Virus record (IMG/VR): IMGVR_UViG_3300048060_000061
Span: 39,197 to 103,196 of that record
Length of the DNA stretch: 64,000 bases
Reading direction: 5' to 3' (one strand)
DNA from: a virus
Taxonomy: Duplodnaviria > Caudoviricetes
Shown here: piece after piece, positions 50,823 to 61,496 of the stretch
Numbering within the stretch: the first letter of the stretch is position 1
Layout of the letters: every line of letters begins with the position of its first letter
Notes under the pieces: model-generated
Seen by the model: the letters and a program-made list of their open reading frames with translations, nothing else
What the model was told of the DNA's origin: nothing
Database searches by the model: none
Position numbers and translations under genes: made by a program

Positions 50823-51452
50823 TTAGTTCCCTAAAATGGCATTGACATACAGTTGCCCGCGTGGGGGGCAGGCATAATTACTCCCACTCCAATGGTCGAG
50901 GGCAACAGATTTCTTGAATGATCGGCAACCGCTATTATACCAATCTTGCCCATCTTTATACCATCTAATCAGGATGTAACCATCCTCGCGGGGATCATGC
51001 AATAAAACCTCTATCCCTTCGCAATTTTTGATTGTTGCAAAGTTAAAAGTAGCGTCGCGCAGATTGGCGTCGCGCAGTTTGGCTCCGATTATCTTGGTCC
51101 AACGCAGGTCGGCCCCACTCAGGTTGGCCTCGCGCAGGTCGGCTCCGTGTAGGTAGACCCCGTATAGGTTGGCCCCGCTCAGGTCGACATTACTCAGGTC
51201 GGCCCCGCACAGGTTAGCCCAGTACAGTTTGGCCTTGTACAGTTTAGCGTCGCGCAGGTCAGCCCCAATCAGATTGGCGTCGGTCAGGTCGGCCCAGCGC
51301 AGGTCGGCCTTGCTCAGGTTGGCATCGTGTAGGTTAGCATCGCGCAGTTTGGCCCCGTGCAGGTTAGCCCCGCTCAGGTCGGTGCCGCTCAGGTTAGCCC
51401 CGATCAAGTCGGCGCGTTTACCATATTTAGATTTTAATATTTGTTCTATCAT
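50823..51452 (-). CDS. Pentapeptide-repeat protein (paralog 5)
   Basis: Pentapeptide repeats plus the shared C-terminal domain. Confidence 0.92.
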   Translation of the reverse strand: MIEQILKSKYGKRADLIGANLSGTDLSGANLHGAKLRDANLHDANLSKADLRWADLTDANLIGADLRDAKLYKAKLYWANLCGADLSNVDLSGANLYGVYLHGADLREANLSGADLRWTKIIGAKLRDANLRDATFNFATIKNCEGIEVLLHDPREDGYILIRWYKDGQDWYNSGCRSFKKSVALDHWSGSNYACPPRGQLYVNAILGN

Positions 51453-51500
51453 TGTTTAGTCCTTTACCTATGATATTCTTATTCGCTTTCTGCTTCTAGG

Positions 51501-51839
51501 TTAGCGATTAGCCAAGAATTGATCAATGACCTTGACCGGGAATCTCCCATTTTTTCTCTCCCATTTATTCTTCTTTGCCAACTGACTTACTCGTTGGCGG
51601 CTAATCCCTGCCTTGTCCATAACCTCTTGAGGAGTATAAAACCCCTTCTTGGCCGTCATTTTTGGGCGTCCAGGGCGACGCCGCTGGGATTGACATTTGT
51701 CAAGCTGGACCTTGGTAAAAAGGTATATTCTGCCCTTTTTTTGTCCTCTAAGTTGACCGGAGGAAATCCAGTTTTTGATAGTTTGCCGATGGACCGTAAA
51801 ATATACGGCCGCTTCAGCAGTGGTATATAATAGTTTCAT
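51501..51839 (-). CDS. Excisionase-like double-HTH DNA-binding protein
   Basis: LYTTAEAAVYFTVHRQTIKNWI; RRPGRPK; YTPQEVMDKAGISRQRVSQL. Confidence 0.75.
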   Translation of the reverse strand: MKLLYTTAEAAVYFTVHRQTIKNWISSGQLRGQKKGRIYLFTKVQLDKCQSQRRRPGRPKMTAKKGFYTPQEVMDKAGISRQRVSQLAKKNKWERKNGRFPVKVIDQFLANR

Positions 51840-52794
51840 TTTATTTCCTTTATTAAATTTTCAACGACCTGACGAGCGTTATTATTCAAGAGGCGTGGCA
51901 ACGCCTCTTGAGACGGCGCCCATTTGAATCCATTTATCTTCAACTTTTTTCTCACTTCTTTCGGCGGTTTTCCCTCAAAAAGTAACTGAAGCCGCCCTTC
52001 ATCCCGATTTTCAACGATAGTAACCGGAGTCCCTTCAATGTCTGCTTTTCGATCTTCTACCTCTGGTCGGGCATCCTCTGCCTTGAGAATGGCAATCCTT
52101 GCTTTCATTCTCTTAATATTGGCGTTGTTGTTAGTCAAGCGATAAGCCGGGAATTTACCCCCTGCTTGTCTGAAAATTTTCAACAACTCCTCAGATAGCC
52201 CTAATGCAATTATTTTGGTGATTTTTTGGTCATCATCTAGTTTACTTCGGACGATCTTGTTAACCGCTTTCATCGCGGCTTGATCTTTTTCGGCAGCGTC
52301 AATCTTGGCTTGAAGTTGTTCGATTGCGTCAGGCTCATCAGACCGGATTGGAGCTTTAGCAAGTATTGCGGGATTATAGGTACGATTCAATCGATTCAGT
52401 GCTTTTTTTCGCCATTCTAATAATTCTTCCCTACGCTTATCCAGGGTATTATTACGCTTTTCCATTTGTCGAACTGGGAAGTTTGATGGGCCGGCAATCA
52501 TCGGGGAAATGACGCGGCTCATGGCGGAAAGACGGGCGTTGAGGCGTCGTAAATATCCTGGCGGTATTGCTCAAGATCAGCTTTCAGTCTTGCCTCATTT
52601 TCAGGCGAAGCAAATTTCCCAAATTGTTCTGATACTTCTTTCATCTCATCCATGTACCCGGCAATTTCTTGATCAGCCCGGGTATCAGGGACAAAACTTG
52701 TGCCCCTATGGGCATCGTAACATAATTGTCTGTTAAGGTCGGTTTCGGTAAACGGTAGTTCGTCTAATAGCTCTTTTTTTTCTTGGTCAGTCAT
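51836..52794 (-). pseudogene. DUF3560-like protein split by a frameshift near 52558
   Basis: Adding one G at CAGGATAT gives YRQGYLRRLNARLSAMSRVISPMIAGPSNF and joins the two ORFs. Confidence 0.6.
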
Positions 52795-52915
52795 TTGGTC
52801 TCCTTGCTAATAGTTAATTTAGTCAGTTACCCGCAATCCGTCGCTCACTGTGGACGACGGCCTTACCGGGTTTAATCTCACCCCTCAGCCCCCCGTAAGG
52901 GGCTAAAGGTTGGGG

Positions 52916-53179
52916 TTAAACCCACAAATTGATTTTAAATTCTGATCTCCAAAGTAAATTAGTGTCATGTTCTGTGATTGTTTCAAATCGGGTTTTCTCT
53001 TTAATATCTTTGATTTGCTGGTCAGTGACTTGGCTTCGCTTTGCTATTACGTTAAAAAATAAGTAATCGTTGTCTGCACCTACAAAAACAACTTTGGCGT
53101 TGGGCATTTCTACATCTACAATATTTTGAGCTTCATTAAGTGTTCTTTGGGCTTTTTGAAAACTTTCTGCTGTAATCAT
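52916..53179 (-). CDS. Hypothetical early protein
   Basis: Same promoter, leader and downstream hairpin cassette as 22800-23087. Confidence 0.7.
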   Translation of the reverse strand: MITAESFQKAQRTLNEAQNIVDVEMPNAKVVFVGADNDYLFFNVIAKRSQVTDQQIKDIKEKTRFETITEHDTNLLWRSEFKINLWV

Positions 53180-53281
53180 TTTCGTTTCTCCTTTTCGCTA
53201 GGTCCTGCTTCTCAAATCTGTATTCATTATACCACGAAGTATATAGTTCTGTCAAGGGTTGATTAGATCAATTTTGAAAAT

Positions 53282-54097
53282 TTAAGGTAAAGTATCTTCT
53301 ATCAATATTAAGATTTCTTCAACTTTACTGCACGCCTTCATAATAGCCTTCAACGGATCTGGATGATAACTGCCAATATAGTTCCAAGCATAACCGCTAT
53401 AATCACCAAAACCATATATATCCATTAAAATACAAGCAGTAAATTCGGCTACTGCTTCAGCATTGGCATGGGTTTTGGTATTTTTACTGCTGCCAGATAA
53501 GCCGCCATCTATTTTAGCATGTAGCGCATGAGCTAATTCGTGAAACCACGTTCGGGGATGGTCAGTTCCCAATCTGATAGACTTTCCATCAATTGTACAG
53601 TCCCCCTTTCTGTCAATCATTGGCATATACTCAACTGAGATATTAAATTCTTTAGCAATATCAGTTAGAGGTGGTAGTTCTTTAGGCGTATAATCTGCCA
53701 AAGGTTCATCACCTTCAGTATCGTTAGCTCCAAAGACGGGTATCTGATTAAAGCCAATTAAGCGCCGTTCTTCTTCTCCTTCTTTGTTAGTAACTTTCTT
53801 CATCCTGGGAGAAAAGATATAACCGGCTACTGATCCTTTTTTTACCTGGCGCCCAGCAGTTCCCCATTGCTTATAACCTCGACAATCAAGGCTACCAGTC
53901 TGGGCAAAAGCAAGGACTTTGTTACTAAAAGTCCATTTTTTGGCTGGTGCATCATCAGGTAATTCAAAGGTTGAAATTTGAACCAGTGCCGATAAATCGC
54001 CGTCCTGGAATTTTTTTATCATTCGGTTTACCGAGGCTTTAGCCTTTTTCGATAGTTTGACTTGAGTTACTTTTTGTGGTATTCTTGTGTTAGACAT
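53282..54097 (-). CDS. ardC: ArdC-like antirestriction protein (ssDNA-binding domain plus zincin)
   Basis: RGYKQW..AGRQVKKG, VFG..DTEG and HELAH...EAVAE motifs. Confidence 0.75.
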   Translation of the reverse strand: MSNTRIPQKVTQVKLSKKAKASVNRMIKKFQDGDLSALVQISTFELPDDAPAKKWTFSNKVLAFAQTGSLDCRGYKQWGTAGRQVKKGSVAGYIFSPRMKKVTNKEGEEERRLIGFNQIPVFGANDTEGDEPLADYTPKELPPLTDIAKEFNISVEYMPMIDRKGDCTIDGKSIRLGTDHPRTWFHELAHALHAKIDGGLSGSSKNTKTHANAEAVAEFTACILMDIYGFGDYSGYAWNYIGSYHPDPLKAIMKACSKVEEILILIEDTLP

Positions 54098-54162
54098 TTT
54101 TCAAATCCTTTTGTGGGTTTAGTCCCCTTCACTTCTTGGCGGTAGTGAAGGGGATTTTTGTT

Positions 54163-54540
54163 TTAGCCACTGATTTCTCGGCGGGTTTTCATGTTCCACT
54201 GAAGGTAGCTGTCTTCAGTGATATTAGCAGAAACCTTATATCCGGTTGCCGGGCTAAAATATCCCACTTTGAATGGTTCGCTGTAAAAACGTTTCATTAA
54301 CGTTTCTCCTTCAACAAAGAGGTATAAATTGATACTTCCCTCATTTCGGAGATAGATCTCAGCTGGCTTGCCCTGCAATGTACCCTTGAAGATTGTTTTA
54401 CTTTCGCCATGTGACCATTGGCGAATATGCTTCTTCGTAATCTCAATAGCTTTATAGAATACTATAAGTCGTTTCTGGCGCTTTTCATTATGGCGGTTTA
54501 CTGCTGTTGTCATTGCTTGTCCTACTTTGGCGGTGATCAT
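54163..54540 (-). CDS. Hypothetical protein
   Basis: 125-aa ORF with RBS. Confidence 0.6.
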   Translation of the reverse strand: MITAKVGQAMTTAVNRHNEKRQKRLIVFYKAIEITKKHIRQWSHGESKTIFKGTLQGKPAEIYLRNEGSINLYLFVEGETLMKRFYSEPFKVGYFSPATGYKVSANITEDSYLQWNMKTRREISG

Positions 54541-54586
54541 CTTTCAAATTCCTTTAAGCAGTTTTAGTCTTGCTCAAGTGGGGGGA

Positions 54587-54997
54587 TTAAAGAGTTATCG
54601 TAAAATCTTGGCTATATGCTTCTTGACGGGCTTGTCTCATCATTTCTTTGGTTTTTATAAATTCGGATGACTTTCTTAATGCTCTGCCGCTTAATGTTTT
54701 CTGTAATTCTTTTCTTATCTTCAAGGCTTCTTTTTTGAGGGGATGGTTATGATAAACGGCTGATTTCTTTTTCTCTAAATCTTGGGCGGCTGACTTGATA
54801 GCTTTGGCGAAGTCTTTGTTGCTATAATCGAGAAGTGTTGCCCCGCAAGTTGTCCCGACTGCTATAACATGACCAAGTTCGTTGCCGCTTTCGTCTAATT
54901 CTGCAAGCCACATTACTTTTTTGAGATTAGTTCTGCCGCATATATCACAACTTTCTTTATCGTTATTTGTGCCTTTGTAAGCGTATTTCTTGGTCAT
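54587..54997 (-). CDS. Zn-binding hypothetical protein
   Basis: CDICGRTNLK...VGTTC; promoter at 55041-55070. Confidence 0.6.
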   Translation of the reverse strand: MTKKYAYKGTNNDKESCDICGRTNLKKVMWLAELDESGNELGHVIAVGTTCGATLLDYSNKDFAKAIKSAAQDLEKKKSAVYHNHPLKKEALKIRKELQKTLSGRALRKSSEFIKTKEMMRQARQEAYSQDFTITL

Positions 54998-55296
54998 TTC
55001 GTTAGTCCTTTTCGCTAAATCAATTCTTAATCCTGTGTTTATTATACTACGAAGTATACAGTTCTGTCAACCCCCAAATTCGATCAATTCTGAAAGTTTA
55101 AGGTTAGGCTCTGTTTCCCGCGTAAAATTGAAACACAAGTCGCTTTGTGCTAAACTACCGTTAAGAAATAGCCAAGATATTGACCAGCAAACCAGTCTTT
55201 ATCGTTTCGCGAAGTATACATAAAGATAAAAAGGCATAAGATTCACCGGGTTTCACTTCGAAAATAGGATGATTTAGGAAAAAAGGATAGTCACTA

Positions 55297-55797
55297 ATGG
55301 CCGCCAAATCCGATCCAGTTAAAGCTCAGGAACGCGCTAATATTTTATGGCAACATTACAGGCAATATGGCAGGCTGATGATTGCAGATATAAAACAGCT
55401 AATCGGGGTGCAATGTGATGCGCTATATAAAACCTTCCAGTATAATGGTATTGAGGCTCCCCCGATTTGGAATAGCCAAGCAGAAAAAGTCAAGCGCAAA
55501 GCACGGATACTAACTGACGAAGCGGAACGGTTAGGTCAATCAAGTTTGACAAAGTCTCAGGCTGGTAAGGTATTAGGTATCAAGGCCAGTCGTGTTGGTG
55601 ATATAATGACACAGATAGCGAAGCGGGGGTATAGCGCGCCTGAAATAGTTGATGAGGTAGAAGATAGTATAAAACCTACTGATTCGATATCTTTTCAAAT
55701 GACCGGAATTGTAAACCCAAGCTATCATCCGGCTGGATTACAGGTATTAGATCATTGGTCTGGACCGGGAGATAAAGTCACATATTTATTGAGGTAA
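55297..55797 (+). CDS. Putative HTH protein
   Basis: LTKSQAGKVLGIKASRV. Confidence 0.45.
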   Translation: MAAKSDPVKAQERANILWQHYRQYGRLMIADIKQLIGVQCDALYKTFQYNGIEAPPIWNSQAEKVKRKARILTDEAERLGQSSLTKSQAGKVLGIKASRVGDIMTQIAKRGYSAPEIVDEVEDSIKPTDSISFQMTGIVNPSYHPAGLQVLDHWSGPGDKVTYLLR

Positions 55798-55799
55798 AG

Positions 55800-56327
55800 A
55801 TGGCTGAAATCGAAGAAACAACCTTATCAAAGATAAAGATAGATCAGACTAATCCTAACCAGCATACTGAACGTGGTAAGGTAATGATACGAAAGTCTAT
55901 TCATAAATATGGCTTTGCTGAAGCCGGGACACTTGATAAAAACAATCGTTTAATCGGTGGAAATTTGCGGACTGAGGCATCTACAGACCTTGGGATGGAT
56001 GAAGCTATTATTGTTGATATAGATGGTACAAAGCCAGTTTATACGCGCCGTAAAGACCTTGATTTATCTAATCCAGACGATACACGCGCCAAAGAATTAG
56101 CTTGGACTCTAAACCAAACCGCTTTGGTTTCGATTGACTTTGATCCCGAAGTCTTGGCCGCTGATATTGCTGCTGGCGTGGACTTTAGTGGCATCTTCAC
56201 GGAGGATGAACAAGCAGAAATATTACAAAGTATACCTGATATTGATTTTCCTGAATATGATGAAACGGTAAAGGACGAAGTTAAGTATATTGAATGTCCG
56301 CATTGTGGGGAGACGTTTCCGAAGTGA
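55800..56327 (+). CDS. ParB-like N-terminal domain protein with C-terminal CPHCG
   Basis: NPNQHT.RG...LIGGNLR; homologous to the N-terminus of 57945. Confidence 0.75.
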   Translation: MAEIEETTLSKIKIDQTNPNQHTERGKVMIRKSIHKYGFAEAGTLDKNNRLIGGNLRTEASTDLGMDEAIIVDIDGTKPVYTRRKDLDLSNPDDTRAKELAWTLNQTALVSIDFDPEVLAADIAAGVDFSGIFTEDEQAEILQSIPDIDFPEYDETVKDEVKYIECPHCGETFPK

Positions 56328-57902
56328 TTGATTTGTTTCCGAAGGTGTTGAGTAGGCCGGTAGTTTTCGGTCAATGTTCTGTATGTGATGACAAAAACTT
56401 GTTAACTGGTGATGATTTGGAAAGATGGAAAATTATACCTCCTGGTGGAAATCACGAAAATTTACCACTAAAATTAAGAACATCCGCAAAATTCAGTGAT
56501 GCTTTCCGTAAGTTAGCAATGAATAAACCGAGTTATACACTTCCTAAAACAGATGGTAATTTGACTACTGGAGCCTTTTTTCACCCTAATGAAACACGCA
56601 GAATAAATCAAACGGAAAAAACGAGGATTGCAAGTTTTCCAGACAAGTATCAATTTGTTGGAAACGGAAAAGATATTGCCGCAAGAATCGGCAACTCAGT
56701 CCCCCCCCCTCTTAATGAAAGCCATTGCTACCCAAATCCGTCACAACTTATGGAACGGTGAACCATTGACCAGATACCCTAAAACAATGACCTATCCTGA
56801 AATATTAGAAACTGCCTGGCAAGACCATCTTGAGCCAAAAGCTCCTGACGCGCCAACGGTGATCAGTACTTTTGCCGGGGGTGGTGGCTCATCGCTGGGC
56901 TATTCGATGGCTGGCTACCGGGAACTATTGGCGGTTGAATGGGATGATAACGCCGTGGAAACGTTCAAGTTGAATTTTCCTGACGTGCCGGTCTATCACG
57001 GTGATATTGCAAAGCTGTCAGTTAAGGAATGTATGAAATTGGCTGGATTATCTGAACCGGGTGAGCTTGATTTGCTTGATGGTTCACCGCCGTGCCAATC
57101 ATATTCGACAGCCGGTAAACGTGATATGAATGATCCGCGTAGTCAATTGTTTAGAGAATTTGTTAGACTTCTTCGAGGGCTTCAACCCAAAGTTTTTGTA
57201 ATGGAGAATGTTCCTGGTCTGATCAAAGGCAAGATGAAGTTAATCTTTGCTGAGATCATGCAAGAACTCAAGGCTAGTGGTTATCAGGTCCGATGCAAGA
57301 AGCTTAATGCAATGTATTTCTATGTCCCGCAAAGTCGGGAACGGTTGATTTTTATTGGAGTAAGGAATGACTTGGGAGTTGAAGGGAATTTTCCGAAAGC
57401 TGAAAGTAGGCCGGTAACTTTGAAAGAAGCAATAAATATTCAATCTTTGGTTCTATTTCCTCACGGTGAATATAAAGGCCGCATTGTCAATGCGGCCTTT
57501 GAACCTTCTCCAACTCTTTGCAAAACTGGTTTACCGAGTTATAAATATGAAGTGTATGATATAGGTCAAGAACCGCCAAAAGCGTCTAACTTAAAAAAGA
57601 AACGTTGGCAACAAACCAAGAAAGGCGCGAACCATAAAGAAAGGTTTAGTTTGTCACGCTTGGCTTGGAACAAGCCAAGCGTGACAGTTCAAAAAACTGC
57701 TACGGGATCGACAGGTATCATGCATCCTGATGAACCCAGAGAATTATATGTATCCGAATTGAAACGTATAGGAAGTTATCCTGATAATTATTTGTTTCAT
57801 GGAAAATGGACCAATATTTTGAACAGAATTGGCAATAGTGTCCCTCCCCTCTTTATGCGATCAATTGCCAATCATATTAAAACTCATATTCTCGGAGAAT
57901 GA
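56324..57902 (+). CDS. dcm: C5-cytosine DNA methyltransferase preceded by an extra TRD/motif IX-X module, joined across a C9 run
   Basis: STFAGGGG, GSPPCQ, MENV, QSRERL and IGNSVPP; a second HP..RR...ASFPD...IGNSVPP lies upstream in another frame. Confidence 0.85.
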
Positions 57903-57944
57903 CTTGGGGGTTGAAGGAAATTTTCCGAATTTATTGAGGTAAAG

Positions 57945-59348
57945 ATGGAAATAACAGAAGCGAAACCGACCGACTTTATACCAGACAAAAATAACGCTAA
58001 TAAAGGAACCCAACGCGGGCAAAAGATGATACAAGAAAGCTTGCGTGAAGATGGCCCGGCTCGATCTATCGTAGTTGATGCTCACAATAACATAGTAGCT
58101 GGTAACAAAACTTTAGAAAATGCAGTAGATATTGGAATTGATAAGGCCATTGTGGTTGAGACGACCGGTAATGAATTGGTAGTTACGAAGCGGATGGACT
58201 GGGATTTGTATGAGGATGAATCGCCTAGACGGTATGCTTGGCGTGATAATCAGTCAGCTCTCGTTTCAATTGATTTCAATCCAGAAATATTGGCTGAGGA
58301 GATAGCGCAGGGTGTAGACTTTAGCGGTATCTTCACGCAGGATGAGCAGTTGTCAATCCTTGAAAAGGAGCCAGATGTACCACCAGAGATAACACCGCCC
58401 ATTGACAAAGCCGAAGAACTACAGGAGATTTGGCAATGCGAAACGGGCCAAATATGGCAGATTGAAAGCAAGGCTAATCCGGGCCATTATCACCGGCTAA
58501 TCTGTGGGGATTGTCGGGATATGGAGACGGTGCAGGCGGTGACCAAGGGCAAGCCGATTAATGGCATCTTTACCAGTCCGCCTTATGCAATGCAACGGGC
58601 CAAACAATATGGGGGTGTTGAGGCTGACAAGTATGTCGAATGGTGGGAAGCGGTGCAAGAGAATATGCGGGCGGCGTTGGCGGAGGATGGTAGCTTTTTC
58701 GTGAATATTAAGCCGCATTGCAAGGATGGACAGAGGGTGTTGTATGTCTTTGATTTGGTGTTGGCGATGGTGCGGCGGTGGGGATGGCGGTATGTGGATG
58801 AGTTGTGTTGGACGCATCAGGGGATTATGGGCAAGTGGGATAACAGATTGAAAAATCAATTTGAGCCTATCTACCATTTTTCAGAAAATAAGCTCATTAA
58901 GCTAAATCATAAAAATGTAATTAAGGAATTCTCGGAAAATAGCAGAATAACCGAACTGTCTGTTTATAATGGTATTGATAATGCGCCCGCTTATTCAGGC
59001 AGTTTGTTTAGGAATAGGGGCAAGAAAAGCGCCATTTTTGACGGCGCATTACCAGGGAATAATTTACATATCACTTTGGGAGCAACACCAACTGATACTG
59101 GCGCATATCAAGCCGCCACCTTCCCCATAAAACTTCCTACCTTCTTCATCCGCGCCTACTCCGATCCTCTCGACATTTGGCTTGATCCATTCGCCGGTAG
59201 TGGTACTGTAGTCTGCGCTGCTGAGAACGAGGGGCGAATAGGGCTAATGATTGAGAAGCTGCCCAAATATTGCGCAGTAATTTTAGAAAGAATGGCAGAT
59301 ATGGGCCTTGAACCTATCTTAGTAGAAAGTCAATCAACACTACATTGA
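57945..59348 (+). CDS. ParB-N-fused N4C/N6A DNA methyltransferase
   Basis: HRLICGD, TSPPY, ATFP and DPFAGSGT. Confidence 0.88.
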   Translation: MEITEAKPTDFIPDKNNANKGTQRGQKMIQESLREDGPARSIVVDAHNNIVAGNKTLENAVDIGIDKAIVVETTGNELVVTKRMDWDLYEDESPRRYAWRDNQSALVSIDFNPEILAEEIAQGVDFSGIFTQDEQLSILEKEPDVPPEITPPIDKAEELQEIWQCETGQIWQIESKANPGHYHRLICGDCRDMETVQAVTKGKPINGIFTSPPYAMQRAKQYGGVEADKYVEWWEAVQENMRAALAEDGSFFVNIKPHCKDGQRVLYVFDLVLAMVRRWGWRYVDELCWTHQGIMGKWDNRLKNQFEPIYHFSENKLIKLNHKNVIKEFSENSRITELSVYNGIDNAPAYSGSLFRNRGKKSAIFDGALPGNNLHITLGATPTDTGAYQAATFPIKLPTFFIRAYSDPLDIWLDPFAGSGTVVCAAENEGRIGLMIEKLPKYCAVILERMADMGLEPILVESQSTLH

Positions 59349-59727
59349 CCAGCCACCTAATCGGAGGAAATTAAATGAGCGACAAACAATATACCCCTAA
59401 ACCAGACGCAGACGACCAAGAAGAAATAGCACAGGCTGAAACCGAAGAAATCAAAACAGCTTTAGAACAATCTCTCACACCCAAGTGGGAAAAATCGCCA
59501 TCCGAAATCGCTTCAGATATTGCCGATAAATTCTATCCAGTCACCTCCACATTTCATTCCGATCTGAGGCGACAAATTATCACGGCAATTGAGGCAGAGC
59601 GGGAAGTGGCCAGGTATTATATGACCCAGATAGGGCGATGGTGGGAAAGGTTAGGGAATAAATGACTGTTTTGTTTTTGACATTCTAATGTTATAATGTC
59701 CTAAAGTCTGCATATAGGAGTCTACTT

Positions 59728-60288
59728 TTGGCTGCACCCAAGCGTTCCAAGGCACAACGCGAATATGATCTTAAAGAAATATCAGGATTTTATCTCCAGG
59801 GATGGTATCAGAATGATATTGTAGATTATATTGCCAAAAATCGACCATATAGGATTACTCGCCAAGTTGTTGCACGTGACTTAAAAACAATTCAAGAGCG
59901 ATGGCTTGCTTCGTCTCTCGTAGATTTTGATTCCGCCCGTGCCGAGTCTCTGGCAAAAATTGACGAATTAGAGAGAGTAGCTTGGGGCGAGTTTATGGCA
60001 AGCAAAGAACCTGTTATTAAGCGTAAAACGGCAAAAAAGGTTGATGGACAAACAACAGAGGCTACTCAGGAGGTTACACTCGGCACGGGTGATCCACGAT
60101 TTTTCGAGACTATAAAATGGTGTATTGAAAGGCGAATTAAGATATTTGGCCTTGACGCGCCGATGAAGAAAGAAATTAGTGGCAAGGATGGCGGCCCTAT
60201 CTCAACTGTAGATATGACAGCCCTATCTGATGATCAACTGCTCAAAATTGTAGCTGGTGAGAATGTTGCTGATGTCATATCAGAATAG
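59728..60288 (+). CDS. terS: Terminase small subunit
   Basis: ERRIKIFGLDAP.K.EISGKDGGPI; upstream of terL. Confidence 0.75.
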   Translation: MAAPKRSKAQREYDLKEISGFYLQGWYQNDIVDYIAKNRPYRITRQVVARDLKTIQERWLASSLVDFDSARAESLAKIDELERVAWGEFMASKEPVIKRKTAKKVDGQTTEATQEVTLGTGDPRFFETIKWCIERRIKIFGLDAPMKKEISGKDGGPISTVDMTALSDDQLLKIVAGENVADVISE

Positions 60289-60488
60289 TTTTATGGTTTT
60301 GGTAACATACCTGAATATGGTATAATATCCTTGCCAACCTGTACACTTTGACCAGGTATAATCGCTTGATAATCTAATAGGTATCATTGTTTTTTCGCCC
60401 CCATTGGGTGTACCAAATTCGTGCAGGTTGGCACTTTCGCGATTGGACTTGATGGGGGTTTTATATTCTGCTTAAAGGAAGTGCCAAA

Positions 60489-61483
60489 ATGAAACAAAAG
60501 AGATGCAGTAAATGTAGAGAGGTAAAATATATTGATGCATTTGGTAAAGACAAAAGAACTAAGGATGGTTATAAAGGTAATTGTAAAGTGTGCTGTAAGG
60601 CGTATCAACAATCACCAGCGGGAAAAGCTGCTCAAGAACGATATAGAAAATCTGACAAAAGAAAGGTATCCCATGATCGGTATTATAATTCTGAGAAGCG
60701 TAAAAATACCCAGAAAGAATATATAAATTCTGAAGCTGGCAAAGCGACCAGGAAAAGATATGAAAATTCAGATGAATATAAAGCATCAAGAAAAAAGTAT
60801 GCTAATTCGATAAAGGGCAAAGTCTCTCAAGAAAGATATTACAATTCGGAAAAGTAAAGAAAACACAAAAAGAGTATAATGAATCTAAAGCTGGACGAGA
60901 ATCGATAAGGAAGTCAAGCGAACGTTATAGAAAATCCGAGTATGGTAGTAGGAAAATAAAGGAGCGCAATAATTCTGAGGAGCGCAAGGAGTACATGAGA
61001 AGGTATAGGGCTACTGATGAATACAAAGCGAAAAGAAAAGAATATGAAAATTCCGTAAAACGAAAATCTGCTAAAGATCGGTATCGCAATTCACCATCCG
61101 GTAAAGAGTATCAAAGGCAATACAAAAAGAGGTATAGAAAAACTTCAGTTGGCAAACAGAATATCAAGAAAGATAATAACATTAGAGAAACCAGAAAAAC
61201 ACAAGCTGGTGGTTCTTATACCATTCAAGAATGGTATGTCCTTTGTGAATTTTATGATTTTTGTTGCCTTAAATGTAAGAAACAATTCCCATTTGACAAG
61301 CTCACCGTAGATCATATAAAGCCGGTATCAAAAGGCGGAACTAGTTTTATATGGCAATTGCAACCTTTATGTAGAAGTTGTAACAGTAGCAAAGGTGACA
61401 AAGAGATTGATTATCGCAAAACATTACCCGATTGGATTGATCGATATGAGATGATATGGGTACAAGATAGCTTGTTTAGATAA
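60489..61483 (+). pseudogene. HNH homing endonuclease, frameshifted near 60852
   Basis: N-terminal CSKC...CKVC; C-terminal CLKC...TVDHIKPVSKGG...LQPLCRSCNSSK; an alternative frame joins the two ORFs. Confidence 0.7.
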
Positions 61484-61496
61484 TTGGAATATCTCA

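Noticed and set aside
637-51452. Diversity-generating retroelement explanation for the pentapeptide paralogs
   Set aside because: No reverse transcriptase in the window, and the differences I compared are repeat-number and mosaic changes rather than evidently adenine-specific.
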